NCBI GenBank assembly: GCA_964371055.1
Contig: CAYJLF010000001.1
Location: 277,639 to 341,638 of the forward strand
DNA length: 64,000 nucleotides
From: an uncultured bacterium
GTDB taxonomy: Bacteria; Eisenbacteria; RBG-16-71-46; CAIMUX01
Reading direction: 5' to 3'
The translations under genes were made by a program, and so were the position numbers. Below the pieces are notes generated by a model, which made no database searches, had not been told where the DNA came from, and saw only the letters and a list, made by a program, of their open reading frames with translations. This document shows, piece after piece, positions 20,048 to 29,499 of the stretch (position 1 is its first letter; the number at the start of each line of letters is the position of its first letter).

Positions 20048-21700
20048 ATGCCTGTCCATCCCCTGGCCGGACGGCCGGCGCCACGCGAGTGCCTGGCCAA
20101 CATCCCCCGCCTGGTGACCGCCTACTACGCGGTGCGTCCCGACCCAGGGGACACATCGCAGCGCGTCGCCTTCGGCACCTCGGGCCACCGGGGCACCTCC
20201 TCCCACGGAAGCTTCAACGAGACTCATGTCCTAGCGATCTGCCAGGCGATCGTCGAGACACGAAGCGCCGCCGGCATCGACGGTCCGCTCTTCCTCGGCA
20301 TGGACACCCACGCGCTCTCGGAGCCGGCGTTCGCCACCGCGGTCGAGGTGTTTGCCGCCCACGGCGTCGAACTCAGGATACAGGCGGGACGAGGCTACAC
20401 CCCGACGCCGGTGATCTCACACGCCATCCTCACCCACAATCGCGCCCACCGCGCCGGCGCGGCCGATGGCGTGGTCATCACTCCCTCGCACAATCCGCCT
20501 CCCGACGGCGGCATCAAGTACAACCCTCCCAGCGGCGGCCCGGCGGACACCTCCCTCACCCGGGCGATCGAGGAGCGCGCGAACGCGCTCATCCGGGAGG
20601 GCCTCGGGGGAGTGCGGCGCATCCCGTTCGAGCGAGCCCTCCGGACCTCGACCACGGTCGAGCACGACTACGTCATCCCCTACGTGACCGATCTCGCCTC
20701 GGTCGTCGACCTGGAATCGGTGCGCGGCGCCGGAGTGAAGATCGGCGTCGATCCGATGGGGGGCTCCGGGCTCGAGTACTGGGCGCCGATCGCCGAGACT
20801 TACCGCCTGGATCTCCAGGTCGTCAATCCGACGGCCGATCCGACCTTCTCTTTCATGACGCTCGATTGGGACGGCAAGATCCGCATGGACTGCTCTTCGC
20901 CCTATGCGATGGCGGGGCTGATCGGCCTGAAGGACCGTTTCGACATCGCCTTCGGCAACGACCCCGACTACGACCGCCACGGGATCGTGACGCCGGACGG
21001 CGGCCTGATGAACCCCAATCACTATCTCTCGGTCGCGATCGATTACCTCTTCCGGCGTCGTTCCGGCTGGAGGCCGGCGGCCGCGGTCGGCAAAACGCTC
21101 GTCTCCAGCTCGATGATCGATCGGGTGGCCGCTGCCCTCGGCCGTCCGCTGGCCGAGGTGCCGGTCGGGTTCAAGTGGTTCGTCGACGGCCTGCTGGACG
21201 GATCGCTGGGATTCGGAGGCGAGGAGAGCGCGGGCGCATCCTTCCTTCGCCGGGACGGGACCGTCTGGACGACAGACAAGGACGGCATCCTCCTCGATCT
21301 GCTCGCGGCGGAGATCACCGCCGTCACCGGGCAGAACCCGCACCGCCATTACCGCGAGATCGAAGAGCGGCACGGCTCCCCGGTCTACGAGCGGATCGAT
21401 GCCCCGGCCGACCCGGCGCAGAAGAAGGTCCTCGCCGGCCTCGCGCCGGAGATGGTGACCGCGGACCGCCTGGCGGGTGATCCGATCAAAGCCTGCCTGA
21501 CGCGCGCCCCGCACAACGACGCGCCGATCGGCGGACTTAAGGTGGTCACGGACGACGGCTGGTTCGCTGCCCGTCCTTCCGGCACCGAGAACGTCTACAA
21601 GATCTACGCGGAGAGCTTCCGCGGCCCGGATCACCTGCGCCGCATCCAGGAGGAGGCGCAGGCGATCGTGGCCGGGGCGTTTCGGCGCGCCGGGGTGTGA
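20048..21700 (+). CDS. pgm: Phosphoglucomutase (alpha-D-glucose phosphate-specific)
   Basis: N-terminus [51 protein letters not shown] parallels E. coli Pgm. Metal-binding and sugar-binding loops are present. Confidence 0.9.
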   Translation: MPVHPLAGRPAPRECLANIPRLVTAYYAVRPDPGDTSQRVAFGTSGHRGTSSHGSFNETHVLAICQAIVETRSAAGIDGPLFLGMDTHALSEPAFATAVEVFAAHGVELRIQAGRGYTPTPVISHAILTHNRAHRAGAADGVVITPSHNPPPDGGIKYNPPSGGPADTSLTRAIEERANALIREGLGGVRRIPFERALRTSTTVEHDYVIPYVTDLASVVDLESVRGAGVKIGVDPMGGSGLEYWAPIAETYRLDLQVVNPTADPTFSFMTLDWDGKIRMDCSSPYAMAGLIGLKDRFDIAFGNDPDYDRHGIVTPDGGLMNPNHYLSVAIDYLFRRRSGWRPAAAVGKTLVSSSMIDRVAAALGRPLAEVPVGFKWFVDGLLDGSLGFGGEESAGASFLRRDGTVWTTDKDGILLDLLAAEITAVTGQNPHRHYREIEERHGSPVYERIDAPADPAQKKVLAGLAPEMVTADRLAGDPIKACLTRAPHNDAPIGGLKVVTDDGWFAARPSGTENVYKIYAESFRGPDHLRRIQEEAQAIVAGAFRRAGV

Positions 21701-21728
21701 GCGGAGGCGGCCGGGTCCGGGTCCTACG

Positions 21729-22307
21729 CTAGCGGCCGAATCGCTCCTTCAACCGTCCCCACGACCGCTGCCAACGCGTGGGGCTATCCTCACCGGGAGT
21801 GTCCGCCGGGTTGGCTACGACTGTGATCGTCGTGTTGACCCGTACTTCGCCGTGAGCCGATCCGCCATTCCCCGTGTTGCCGAACCAGGCCGCTCTCCAG
21901 ACGTAGTTCCCCGGCTGAGCGGGCGCCGTGGCCGTGAGCTGCACCGGGAACACGACCGGGTTGCCCAACCCGTCATCGCCCGTCCCGGTCGGGCCTTCCC
22001 GGCGCGCGACCTCAACATTGTTGTGGTCGTAGAGAAGAGCGCGGATCCATCCGCTCTGCTGCCCGCCGTTCAGAGTGACGGTCACTGGATCCCCGGGGAA
22101 GTACTCTCCCTGGCTCGGCGAGGCCGCGAGCGAGCCGCGATGGTGATGGCATCCATTGCAGGAGACCGAGTCGTTGTTGTGACAGCTGCTGCATCCCTCG
22201 CTGCTCCAGAAGCTGGGGAAGGCCGAGACGAGGGTTGCAGCCCCGCCGAGCACCAGGGAGATGGCGAGGAGCACAAGCAGTCGGGACCGCGGAATACGGC
22301 AGGTCAT
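21729..22307 (-). CDS. Small secreted protein with two CXXCH motifs (putative dihaem c-type cytochrome or metal-binding protein) plus a beta-sandwich-like domain
   Basis: Signal peptide MTCRIPRSRLLVLLAISLVLGGAATLVSA, then CSSCH...CNGCHHH. GGAGG Shine-Dalgarno sequence 6 nt before the ATG at 22307. The track ORF had a 35-aa extension. Confidence 0.45.
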   Translation of the reverse strand: MTCRIPRSRLLVLLAISLVLGGAATLVSAFPSFWSSEGCSSCHNNDSVSCNGCHHHRGSLAASPSQGEYFPGDPVTVTLNGGQQSGWIRALLYDHNNVEVARREGPTGTGDDGLGNPVVFPVQLTATAPAQPGNYVWRAAWFGNTGNGGSAHGEVRVNTTITVVANPADTPGEDSPTRWQRSWGRLKERFGR

Positions 22308-22573
22308 GGGTGAAACCTCCTCTATGCGTGGGGCCTGAGACCGGGACGGGACGAGGAGCCTGTGGCGAGCTCGAGTCCATGCAGGTCCGTTGCGTGCCGC
22401 CCCGGAACACAAGCGGTAAGAGCCGATGCCGAGACCCGGCCGGCGCGCAGCCGCCCAAGTCAGGACCCAGCATTGTACACTCGGACACTCGTGAGTTCAA
22501 TCGCCCTTGTACAGGTCGCAACCAGCACTCACGCTCAGCATCGAGACATGGTCGCACCCTCATCGAGGGCGCG

Positions 22574-23080
22574 TCAGTCCACCCAGCGGAACCACTCCTT
22601 CGGGTGACCACAGATCTGGCACTTGTCGGGCGGTGCGTCGCCGAACTCGATGTTGCCGCACTTCTCACAGACCCAGACGCCGTGCGGTCGGAAGTCCTCG
22701 CCCCGTTCCGCGGCCGCGAGCGCCGCCTGATACATCCGCGCGTGGACCTCCTCCGCCGCTTTCGCCCAGACGAAGGTCTTCGCCGCTTCCTTCACCCCAT
22801 CGGCGCGGGCCTCCTCGAGAAAACGCACATACATGTCGGTGTACTCGTAGGTCTCACCGGCCACCGCGTCTTTCAGGTTTTCGGCCGTCGACTTCACTCC
22901 GCCCAGGTGGTCGAACTCACGCAGCGCGTGGATCGTCTCGGCGTGCGCCGCGGCGCGGAACAGCTTGGCGATCCCGTGGAATCCCTCGGCGTCGGCCTTG
23001 CGCGCATAGGCGAGGTACTTGCGGTTGGCCTGACTTTCGCCGGCGAAGGCGCTCTTCAGATTCTCGTCGGTGCGGCTCAT
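22574..23080 (-). CDS. rbr: Rubrerythrin (diiron ferritin-like domain plus C-terminal rubredoxin-like CxxC...CxxC)
   Basis: EXXH ferritin-like motifs (AHAETIHAL, EEVHARMY) and a C-terminal CEKCG...CQICG. This is the only credible coding part of the 556-aa composite track ORF. Confidence 0.85.
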   Translation of the reverse strand: MSRTDENLKSAFAGESQANRKYLAYARKADAEGFHGIAKLFRAAAHAETIHALREFDHLGGVKSTAENLKDAVAGETYEYTDMYVRFLEEARADGVKEAAKTFVWAKAAEEVHARMYQAALAAAERGEDFRPHGVWVCEKCGNIEFGDAPPDKCQICGHPKEWFRWVD

Positions 23081-23277
23081 GCTCTCCCCTTCCCGCCGGG
23101 ATGAACCCGGCATCTCCTCCCCCATCGAAGGTCCCTCCGTCGCGCCCGGAACCTGCGGGGCGCGAGGCAGTCCCATGCTAGCAGAGAGCGTCCAGGCCTC
23201 CACGCGCATCCCGCGGGCCGGCGGGGCGCGCCGCGGCGAGCGGCAGAGGCCACCTCGGAGGTACGGAAGAGGGTGGG

Positions 23278-24180
23278 CTATCGCTGGACGAGGATCTTGC
23301 GGGTGAGACTCCGGCCGTCGGCCTCCGCCCGACAGAGATAAACCCCCTGGTGGACCGGGAGTCCGTGTCGATCGAGCCCATCCCAGGCCAACCGGTGGTA
23401 CCCGGCGTCCATCGGCCCGTCGGCCAGCCGACGAAGGAGGCGGCCCCCGGCGTCGAACAGCAGGACACGGACCTCGGAGGGGCCCGCGAGGCGGAACGAG
23501 ATGGAACCAGCGTCGAGCACCGGGTTGGGCCAGGCGCGCAGATCGGAGAGCGGTCCCCCCGAGCTCGCCGTCGGCGCGTCCACCCAGGCCGGATCGGGCG
23601 CCTCGGGAACGAGCAGGTCGATGGCGTAGACGTAGTCTCCGCCGGTGAGCCCGTTGTTGTTGGCCGCGTTGGCCGTGAGGTAGAAGTGCGCATCCCCGGC
23701 TCCCGCCGCGGGCGCAGTCCAGAGGATCTGCCACGAGGCGGCATCGAGCTGTCCCGCGAAACTCCCGGCGCTGGTCTGCTTGAGGTAGTCCCGAGCGGTG
23801 CCCGGTCCCTCGGAGAGCTGCACGAGCGCAACGTCGACCGGGGAGAGGGCGCCCGCCTCGTTCCCATCGTCCTCGCGCATCACTGTCGTCTCGAATCCCC
23901 AGCGCCGCTGGCCGTCCTGCTGGATGCTGACGGTGAGGGGATAGGTCTGACCGGCGGTATAGGCTGCGGGCAGCCCCGCGATCGACACCAGGCCAGGACC
24001 GCTGTTGAGCGGGAACGAGCCGTGACAGGCGGTACAGGTGTCGAAGGCCGGCGGATCCCCGGCGTGGCCATCCGGCGGCCCCGAGCTGAAGGCGGCGACG
24101 GGCGCGACGTCCCACAGCACGAGCCCTCCGGCCAGAACCAATACATCGGCGAGCGTTCGAACTCGATGACGAGGCTCCAT
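23278..24180 (-). CDS. Secreted CXXCH-motif protein (putative monohaem c-type cytochrome-like) with a FlgD-Ig-like C-terminal domain
   Basis: Signal peptide, then FDTCTACHG near the mature N-terminus. C-terminus WPNPV...VRVLLFDAGGRLLRRL...LAWDGLDRHGLPVHQGVYLCRAEA...KILV. AGGAG Shine-Dalgarno sequence 8 nt before the ATG at 24180. Confidence 0.5.
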   Translation of the reverse strand: MEPRHRVRTLADVLVLAGGLVLWDVAPVAAFSSGPPDGHAGDPPAFDTCTACHGSFPLNSGPGLVSIAGLPAAYTAGQTYPLTVSIQQDGQRRWGFETTVMREDDGNEAGALSPVDVALVQLSEGPGTARDYLKQTSAGSFAGQLDAASWQILWTAPAAGAGDAHFYLTANAANNNGLTGGDYVYAIDLLVPEAPDPAWVDAPTASSGGPLSDLRAWPNPVLDAGSISFRLAGPSEVRVLLFDAGGRLLRRLADGPMDAGYHRLAWDGLDRHGLPVHQGVYLCRAEADGRSLTRKILVQR

Positions 24181-24320
24181 CGATCGGACTCCTCTCTCCA
24201 CCGCGCGAGAGCCGGGCGGCGCCCGATGGTGGCCGTAGGTCCACGTAACGGCGGAAGGAAACCGATGAGCATAGCCGATGGAGCTCGGCCCCGTCGAGTC
24301 GCGGAATCCGGTCCGACGAC

Positions 24321-25457
24321 TCAGGTCGTCCGCGCCGCGCGCACTGCCTGCCGGAGCATCCAGATCACCAGCACGACCCCCGCGACGAAGAGGACAAGGA
24401 ACAGGATCAGCGGGCTCAGCTGCAGGTTGACCGGCTCGGCCGTCACGTCGACGTGGGGCGCCAGTTCCGCGTTCTGAACCACCTGCCGGCTGACCGCGTT
24501 CAGACCGAGGACCGCGAACTGGACCAGGAGGGCGGCGATCCCCCAGCTACGCGGCACTCCGCCGGCCTGGCGAGAGACCCGCCTCGCGAGGAGCAGGATC
24601 CAGAGCCAGGAGAACAAAGGCGCCAGCGCCGTCGCCAGGGTCAGCACGGCCAGCGGGGGCTCCAGCAGACGAGCGCGGAGCGCAGGATCCAGCGCGCCGA
24701 GGATGTACCACGATCCGGCCGCGACGGTCCAGATCACGCCAAAGAGGCCGAGGCGCCCGGCGAAGGTGACCGCCCAGCGACGGTACTCCACGCCCTGCGA
24801 TCCCGCGAACACCACGGTGTCGAACGCGATCCAGGCCGAGGTCGTCGTCAGGGCAAGGCCGAACATCAAAAGCCAGCGCGGCCAGAGGGTCGGATCGCCG
24901 AGGTTGAGCGCGGTGCCAAGCGGCGCCCCGCCGACCGAGGTCGCTTCCCACAGACCGGCCCAGGCGTCGATGCGGGTCATGAGGCTGAAGTTGTTCGCGA
25001 AGAGCCATCCGATCACAACCAGGAGGATGGACGCCACCCAGCCCGCGGCGCGACGCCAGGGAGGGAGCGCGCCGGCCCGGAGTCCCAGCGCATAGATGTA
25101 GACGCCGTAGTACGCGACCGTGAGCAGGAGGATGACCGAGAACCAGGGCCAGGCCATCAGGATGCCCGCCGGGTAGTACGCCTTGTAGTAGGCCACCTGG
25201 GTGAAGAGCAGGGGCACGATGCCAAGATTCACGCCGCAGGCGACGATGACCGGCATCGCGTTCATGATCCGTCCCCCGAGGAGGGACGCATGGTCGTTTC
25301 CGCGGCGCCGCAACAACAGCGCCACCGGAATCCCGGCGAACCAGAGATTCATCGGCAGCGCGTGGAGGGCGAAGCCCAGGACCTTGAAGAGCACCAGAAA
25401 CCAGAACGGAGCCGGGTAGCCGAGGGGATTGTCCGGAGCCATCAGGGCCGGGTTCAT
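24321..25457 (-). CDS. Cytochrome bd-like oxidase subunit II-like (CydB-like) polytopic membrane protein
   Basis: ~9 predicted TM helices and a size (378 aa) typical of CydB. Translationally coupled (4-nt overlap) to the upstream CydA-like gene. Weak direct sequence signature, so the assignment rests largely on context. Confidence 0.45.
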   Translation of the reverse strand: MNPALMAPDNPLGYPAPFWFLVLFKVLGFALHALPMNLWFAGIPVALLLRRRGNDHASLLGGRIMNAMPVIVACGVNLGIVPLLFTQVAYYKAYYPAGILMAWPWFSVILLLTVAYYGVYIYALGLRAGALPPWRRAAGWVASILLVVIGWLFANNFSLMTRIDAWAGLWEATSVGGAPLGTALNLGDPTLWPRWLLMFGLALTTTSAWIAFDTVVFAGSQGVEYRRWAVTFAGRLGLFGVIWTVAAGSWYILGALDPALRARLLEPPLAVLTLATALAPLFSWLWILLLARRVSRQAGGVPRSWGIAALLVQFAVLGLNAVSRQVVQNAELAPHVDVTAEPVNLQLSPLILFLVLFVAGVVLVIWMLRQAVRAARTT

Positions 25458-26914
25458 GGCCTGTCCCTCCCCACCTGCCCCGGCGGCCCGCCGAGATCAG
25501 GCAACCCCTTCGGGAACGGTTCCGAGATCGCCGCCAGGTACTCCTGCAACAGGGCCGCCTCTTCCGGAGTCCCCGCCCAGGGAGGCATGAAGAAATGCGC
25601 GCGCTCGGGATGCTCGACCACCAGCCGGATCATCTCTTCGCTCCAGCCGCGAGTGAGGTGCGCCACGGCCGACAAACCCGCCGTCGAAGCGTGGCAATCG
25701 TTGCAGTGGTATTGGAAGAGCACCTCCCCGACCTTCTTTCGATCGACCGGCGGTAACTCCAGGAGGGAGCGTTCATCGATCTTCAAGGTCCCGGCCGTCC
25801 CCGCTGTTCGCATCGACCCTGCCGCCCAGGCGGCGGCCCCCTCCCACGACACCGCCTGCGGGTAGCGCCGCGCGACCCAGGCCCGCGTCCAGACGCCCCC
25901 CTCCAGGTAGCCGCGTTCGCGCAGGGGCATCAGCTCGTCTTTGTAGATCTGGTTGCTCCAGACCACGTCGTAGACGATGTAAGGCTTGCGCACGGCTTCG
26001 CGGATGAACTCCCCCGTGCCGACGGCCGCCAGACCGAAGGAGAAGAGGAGGATCGAGAACCCGGGGCTGACCCAACCCGGGCGCCGGTAGGGACCGAGAT
26101 AGAGCATGACGAAGACGATCGCGGTGACCGCGAAGATGATGCTCATGAGGATGTTGAGCGGAGCGGCCGCCACCAGCGCGGCCTGGGCCGAATCCGGGAG
26201 CGCGGCGTACCACCAGAGGCCCCCGAGCGTGACCAGGGCCGCGCCGAGCAACCCGGGGCGCGCCGAGCGCCGGCCGATCATCTCGAGCAGACCGTCTCCC
26301 TTCAGGCGGAAGGACGCATGCAGGTAGACATAGAGGCTCGCCAGGAGGAGCGCCCCGCCGGTCCGCGCGATCGTCTGCGGGAGAAACTGCGGGTTCAGAA
26401 AGCCGGTCCAGAATCCGTGGTTCTCGGGCCAGCGCCCCGGATGAAGCATGAACGCGGTGATCCCGGTGATGAGGACCAGCGAGATCCACGCTGCGCCCGC
26501 ATAGATCCAACCGATCTGCACGTGGGTCCTCGGCGGCAGCCGGTCCCAGAAGTAGTAGAAGACGAAGGCCGCGACGACCTCGATCGCGAAGAAGACATAC
26601 TCCATCGCCCAGCCGAAGACGAAGGCATGGATCAAGGCCTCGGTCGCCACCGGCGAGGCGAGTCCGATCGTCCACCAGATGCCGACGCCGGTGATCGCGC
26701 CGTAGACCACGGTGAGCAGAATGAAGAACTTCGCGTGGTCCTTGAGATAACCGAGATAGTCCCGACGCCCCTCGCGCCGGGCGAAGCCGGTCTCGGCAGC
26801 GAGGAACATCCCGCCACCGACGGCGTACATCGAGACGAAGACATGCAGGACCGCGATGGCCGCGATCAGCATCGGGGCGGTCAGGAACGGAACGTGCCAC
26901 CACGGATAGTGCAT
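25454..26914 (-). CDS. Cytochrome bd-family oxidase subunit I-like (CydA-like) with a fused C-terminal monohaem cytochrome c domain, no Q-loop (OR-C-like)
   Basis: N-terminal TM helices with conserved His in the AVLHVFVSMYAVGGG region. IREAVRKPYIVY resembles the CydA GRQPWIVY motif. C-terminal soluble domain carries CNDCH (CXXCH) and a distal Met region. Confidence 0.55.
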   Translation of the reverse strand: MHYPWWHVPFLTAPMLIAAIAVLHVFVSMYAVGGGMFLAAETGFARREGRRDYLGYLKDHAKFFILLTVVYGAITGVGIWWTIGLASPVATEALIHAFVFGWAMEYVFFAIEVVAAFVFYYFWDRLPPRTHVQIGWIYAGAAWISLVLITGITAFMLHPGRWPENHGFWTGFLNPQFLPQTIARTGGALLLASLYVYLHASFRLKGDGLLEMIGRRSARPGLLGAALVTLGGLWWYAALPDSAQAALVAAAPLNILMSIIFAVTAIVFVMLYLGPYRRPGWVSPGFSILLFSFGLAAVGTGEFIREAVRKPYIVYDVVWSNQIYKDELMPLRERGYLEGGVWTRAWVARRYPQAVSWEGAAAWAAGSMRTAGTAGTLKIDERSLLELPPVDRKKVGEVLFQYHCNDCHASTAGLSAVAHLTRGWSEEMIRLVVEHPERAHFFMPPWAGTPEEAALLQEYLAAISEPFPKGLPDLGGPPGQVGRDRP

Positions 26915-26950
26915 CGATCCCTCCCGGTGCAGGCCGGCTCAGGCAAAGCG

Positions 26951-28021
26951 TCAGATGAAGCGATAGGTCAGACCGAGCGCGAGGGTCTGCTTGAACTGGC
27001 CGGTCTTGCGAATGGCCGTGCGCAGCGCCTCGCGGTTCTGCAGGCGGCGGTCGTCCGAGACCACGGGCAGGACCGAGTTGTCGTACTTGTCGTAGACCAG
27101 CCGGGTGTAGAGCTTGACCGAGATCAGCTTCGTGAGCTGCGAGGAGAACTCGTTCTCCCAATCGACGTCCACCATCTTGACGTAGTCGGCAACGTCGGTC
27201 GGAAGGTTCCGCTCGCCCGGTCCGGGCCCTTCAAGTTCCGTCGCGGTCAGCAGGTCGAACTCGTCATCCCCCGAGTAGAAGAGCGCCTGATAGAAACCCA
27301 GCTTGCCGGACCAGGCGATCTTCCCTCCGGCCAACTTCGTCTTGTAGTCATTGATCAACTCGAGGCCGCCGTCGTTCGTCCCCTGAGTCTCGGTCGAGAG
27401 GTCGTTCCGGTCGACCTCGTTCTGGAAGACCTGCCGCGAACTCTGCCGGAAGGTGAAACCCAGCCTCGAGAGGAGCTGGTGGTCGGGCTGGTCGATGAAC
27501 TTCCGCGCGATCCCGGCCGATTCCTTGAACTTCAGGGGATTGAAACTCAGCCGGCGTCCGAGCGGATCGGTCAGATCCTGGAACTGGCTCTCGAAGCGGA
27601 CCGAAGCGAACGGGTCAACGTATCCGCCCAGGGTCAGGCGGAGGATCGACTCCAGGTCGATCAGGTCGTTGCTCTTCTCCGGCCGGTCCCAGCTTCGCTC
27701 CCCGTCCACCGTACTGACCACCTGCTGGTGTGTCTGGCCGTAGGCGAGCTTCAGCGTTGAGAGCCAGTTCGCCTTCACGCTGACCTGGTTCTCGAGCGCG
27801 CCGTTCAGGGTCGCGGTCCAGGACATCGCCCCCTTGTCGCCGCCATTCCAGTTGGTCGAGTAGGAGCTCTGCGTCAGCAGCAACCCACCCTCCAGCAGGG
27901 GATACCACTTTCCGGGTTCGAGGACCCGCTTTCCGTCCTTCGCTGCGTCCTCGGCGCCGGCCGGCGCTGCCCACGCGACGAAGAGGACCAGCCCCAACCC
28001 CAGGCACAAGCGTCGCATCAT
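26951..28021 (-). CDS. DUF3078-like outer-membrane beta-barrel protein
   Basis: Signal peptide MMRRLCLGLGLVLFVAWAAPAGA, alternating beta-strand pattern, and a C-terminal ...LGLTYRF aromatic terminus typical of OM beta-barrels. GAGGAGG Shine-Dalgarno sequence before the ATG at 28021. Confidence 0.55.
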   Translation of the reverse strand: MMRRLCLGLGLVLFVAWAAPAGAEDAAKDGKRVLEPGKWYPLLEGGLLLTQSSYSTNWNGGDKGAMSWTATLNGALENQVSVKANWLSTLKLAYGQTHQQVVSTVDGERSWDRPEKSNDLIDLESILRLTLGGYVDPFASVRFESQFQDLTDPLGRRLSFNPLKFKESAGIARKFIDQPDHQLLSRLGFTFRQSSRQVFQNEVDRNDLSTETQGTNDGGLELINDYKTKLAGGKIAWSGKLGFYQALFYSGDDEFDLLTATELEGPGPGERNLPTDVADYVKMVDVDWENEFSSQLTKLISVKLYTRLVYDKYDNSVLPVVSDDRRLQNREALRTAIRKTGQFKQTLALGLTYRFI

Positions 28022-28171
28022 CGGTCTTCTTCCTCCTCTGCGCCCGCCGGATCTACGCAAGGCACCATGCCCGAGCTCGACCCGGCCTTGCCAGTCTCGA
28101 AACACCGGTCCCGATCCGCACGCCGGCCCGGGCCGCTCCCGCGGAGCGTTCGCATCCTTGGGAGCCGCGCA

Positions 28172-29059
28172 TCATTCGTTCGCCGTCCGGGCGAAGACCA
28201 CATTCGACAGGGAGGACTCGTTTCCGGCCTCGTCGATCGCCTTCAGTCCGAATTCATAGCGGGTGGCTGCGGCGAGTCCACGCACCGTGTACTCCTCGGC
28301 CTGACCTGATGGATAGGGTGTGAAGCTGATCTCGGCGGAATCGGCCTCCGCCCAGGTCGCCTCGTCCAGGGACCCGGTCGTGTAGCGCAACATGTACCGC
28401 GCGGATGTGCCCTCCTCACCGTCGTCCCCGGGGGCGGACCAGGCCAGGCGAACGGTGCTCGACGTCACCGCCACGACCTCCAGATCGGTGATCGCCGAGG
28501 GTGGGACACCGTCGGGCGGCGGCAGGTAGAAGGAGTAGTCGACCGACAGCCGCCCCTGGTTGCCCGCCTCATCGATCGCACGCAGAGCGAAGTGATGCAC
28601 CCAGTCGACGCGCAGGCCGGAGACCCGCATCGAGTCCCGTTGCCCGGAGGCACTCGGGGCCGGCAAGCCGGTGATCACTTCGGCCGAGTCCCAGACCGCC
28701 AGCGTGATGACCGTGTCATGGCGGCGCAGCTCGTAGGCGTGGGCCCGCCCCGCATAGCGATCGTCTCCGGGGGCGGTCCAGATCAGCAGCACGACGCCAT
28801 CGCCGGCGACCTGCGCCGACAGGTCATCGATCTGAGCGGGAGGCGTGATGTCCAGTGGCGCGGCCGGATCATCGTCCCCGGAACAGGCGAGGAGGAGCAA
28901 GGGCAGCAGCAGGACGGCCGGCGCCAGCGCCCGGAGCAGCCGCGCCACTCCGCCGCTCGGTCTCGACTCCTCCGCATGGAAAGGTCGGTTCAGACGAAGA
29001 GTGGCGTGCGTTGTCCCCCGGTGGCGCGCGTCGATCTCGTCCTGGTGGAATCTCCCCAT
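28172..29059 (-). CDS. Lipoprotein with two fibronectin type III-like repeats
   Basis: Lipobox LLLLACSGDDD. Two repeats of ...LxWTAPGDDxxxGRAHAYELR... / ...LAWSAPGDDGEEGTSARYMLRY..., each followed by KAIDEAGN. Start taken at the ATG at 29059 with a GGGGAGG Shine-Dalgarno sequence; an internal GTG at 28948 is also possible. Confidence 0.5.
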   Translation of the reverse strand: MGRFHQDEIDARHRGTTHATLRLNRPFHAEESRPSGGVARLLRALAPAVLLLPLLLLACSGDDDPAAPLDITPPAQIDDLSAQVAGDGVVLLIWTAPGDDRYAGRAHAYELRRHDTVITLAVWDSAEVITGLPAPSASGQRDSMRVSGLRVDWVHHFALRAIDEAGNQGRLSVDYSFYLPPPDGVPPSAITDLEVVAVTSSTVRLAWSAPGDDGEEGTSARYMLRYTTGSLDEATWAEADSAEISFTPYPSGQAEEYTVRGLAAATRYEFGLKAIDEAGNESSLSNVVFARTANE

Positions 29060-29090
29060 CGTCAACCTCCCCGTGACACCCGGACTCTGG

Positions 29091-29255
29091 TCAGCTCTTG
29101 CGACTCGTCTTGACCCCGAATGAACTGATCTTCTGGGTCACCTTCTTCGATCCGCACTTCGGACAGGCAACCTTGGCCTTCTCGTGCTCCTTGATTCCGA
29201 GGATGAGGTTGAAGCTTTTGCCGCAGCCCGTGCACTTGTACTCGTAGGTCGGCAT
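29091..29255 (-). CDS. FmdB-family zinc-ribbon protein (54 aa)
   Basis: Not in the track because it is shorter than 60 aa. MPTYEYKCTGCGKSFNLILGIKEHEKAKVACPKCGSKKVTQKISSFGVKTSRKS has two CxxC pairs. AAGGAGG Shine-Dalgarno sequence 7 nt upstream. Confidence 0.7.
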   Translation of the reverse strand: MPTYEYKCTGCGKSFNLILGIKEHEKAKVACPKCGSKKVTQKISSFGVKTSRKS

Positions 29256-29499
29256 GGATAGACCTCCTTGAACCTCCGGTCCCGTCTTCCGTCCGTGGGG
29301 AGTCTACCCTCGGGTCCGCAAGCGGCTCAAGCGTCGGCGAACCGGCCCGGGGTGGGGGTGGACGGAACAGAACTCCATGCCTTGCCCGCTGTGGTGGGAG
29401 GGACCCGCCCGTGCCGCGCTTCTACGGTTGGCTCCGATGGTGTATCCTCTTCGACGGTTGATCCCCCACCCGGCTTCCATTCTCGACAGGAGGCACAGC

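Noticed and set aside
22574-24244. Single 556-aa track ORF spanning rubrerythrin and beyond
   Set aside because: Only the C-terminal 168 aa (MSRTDENLKSAF...) is a rubrerythrin, and it has its own ATG plus a nearby GAGG Shine-Dalgarno-like stretch. The upstream part is an out-of-frame shadow of the CXXCH-FlgD gene encoded at 23278..24180 in another frame.
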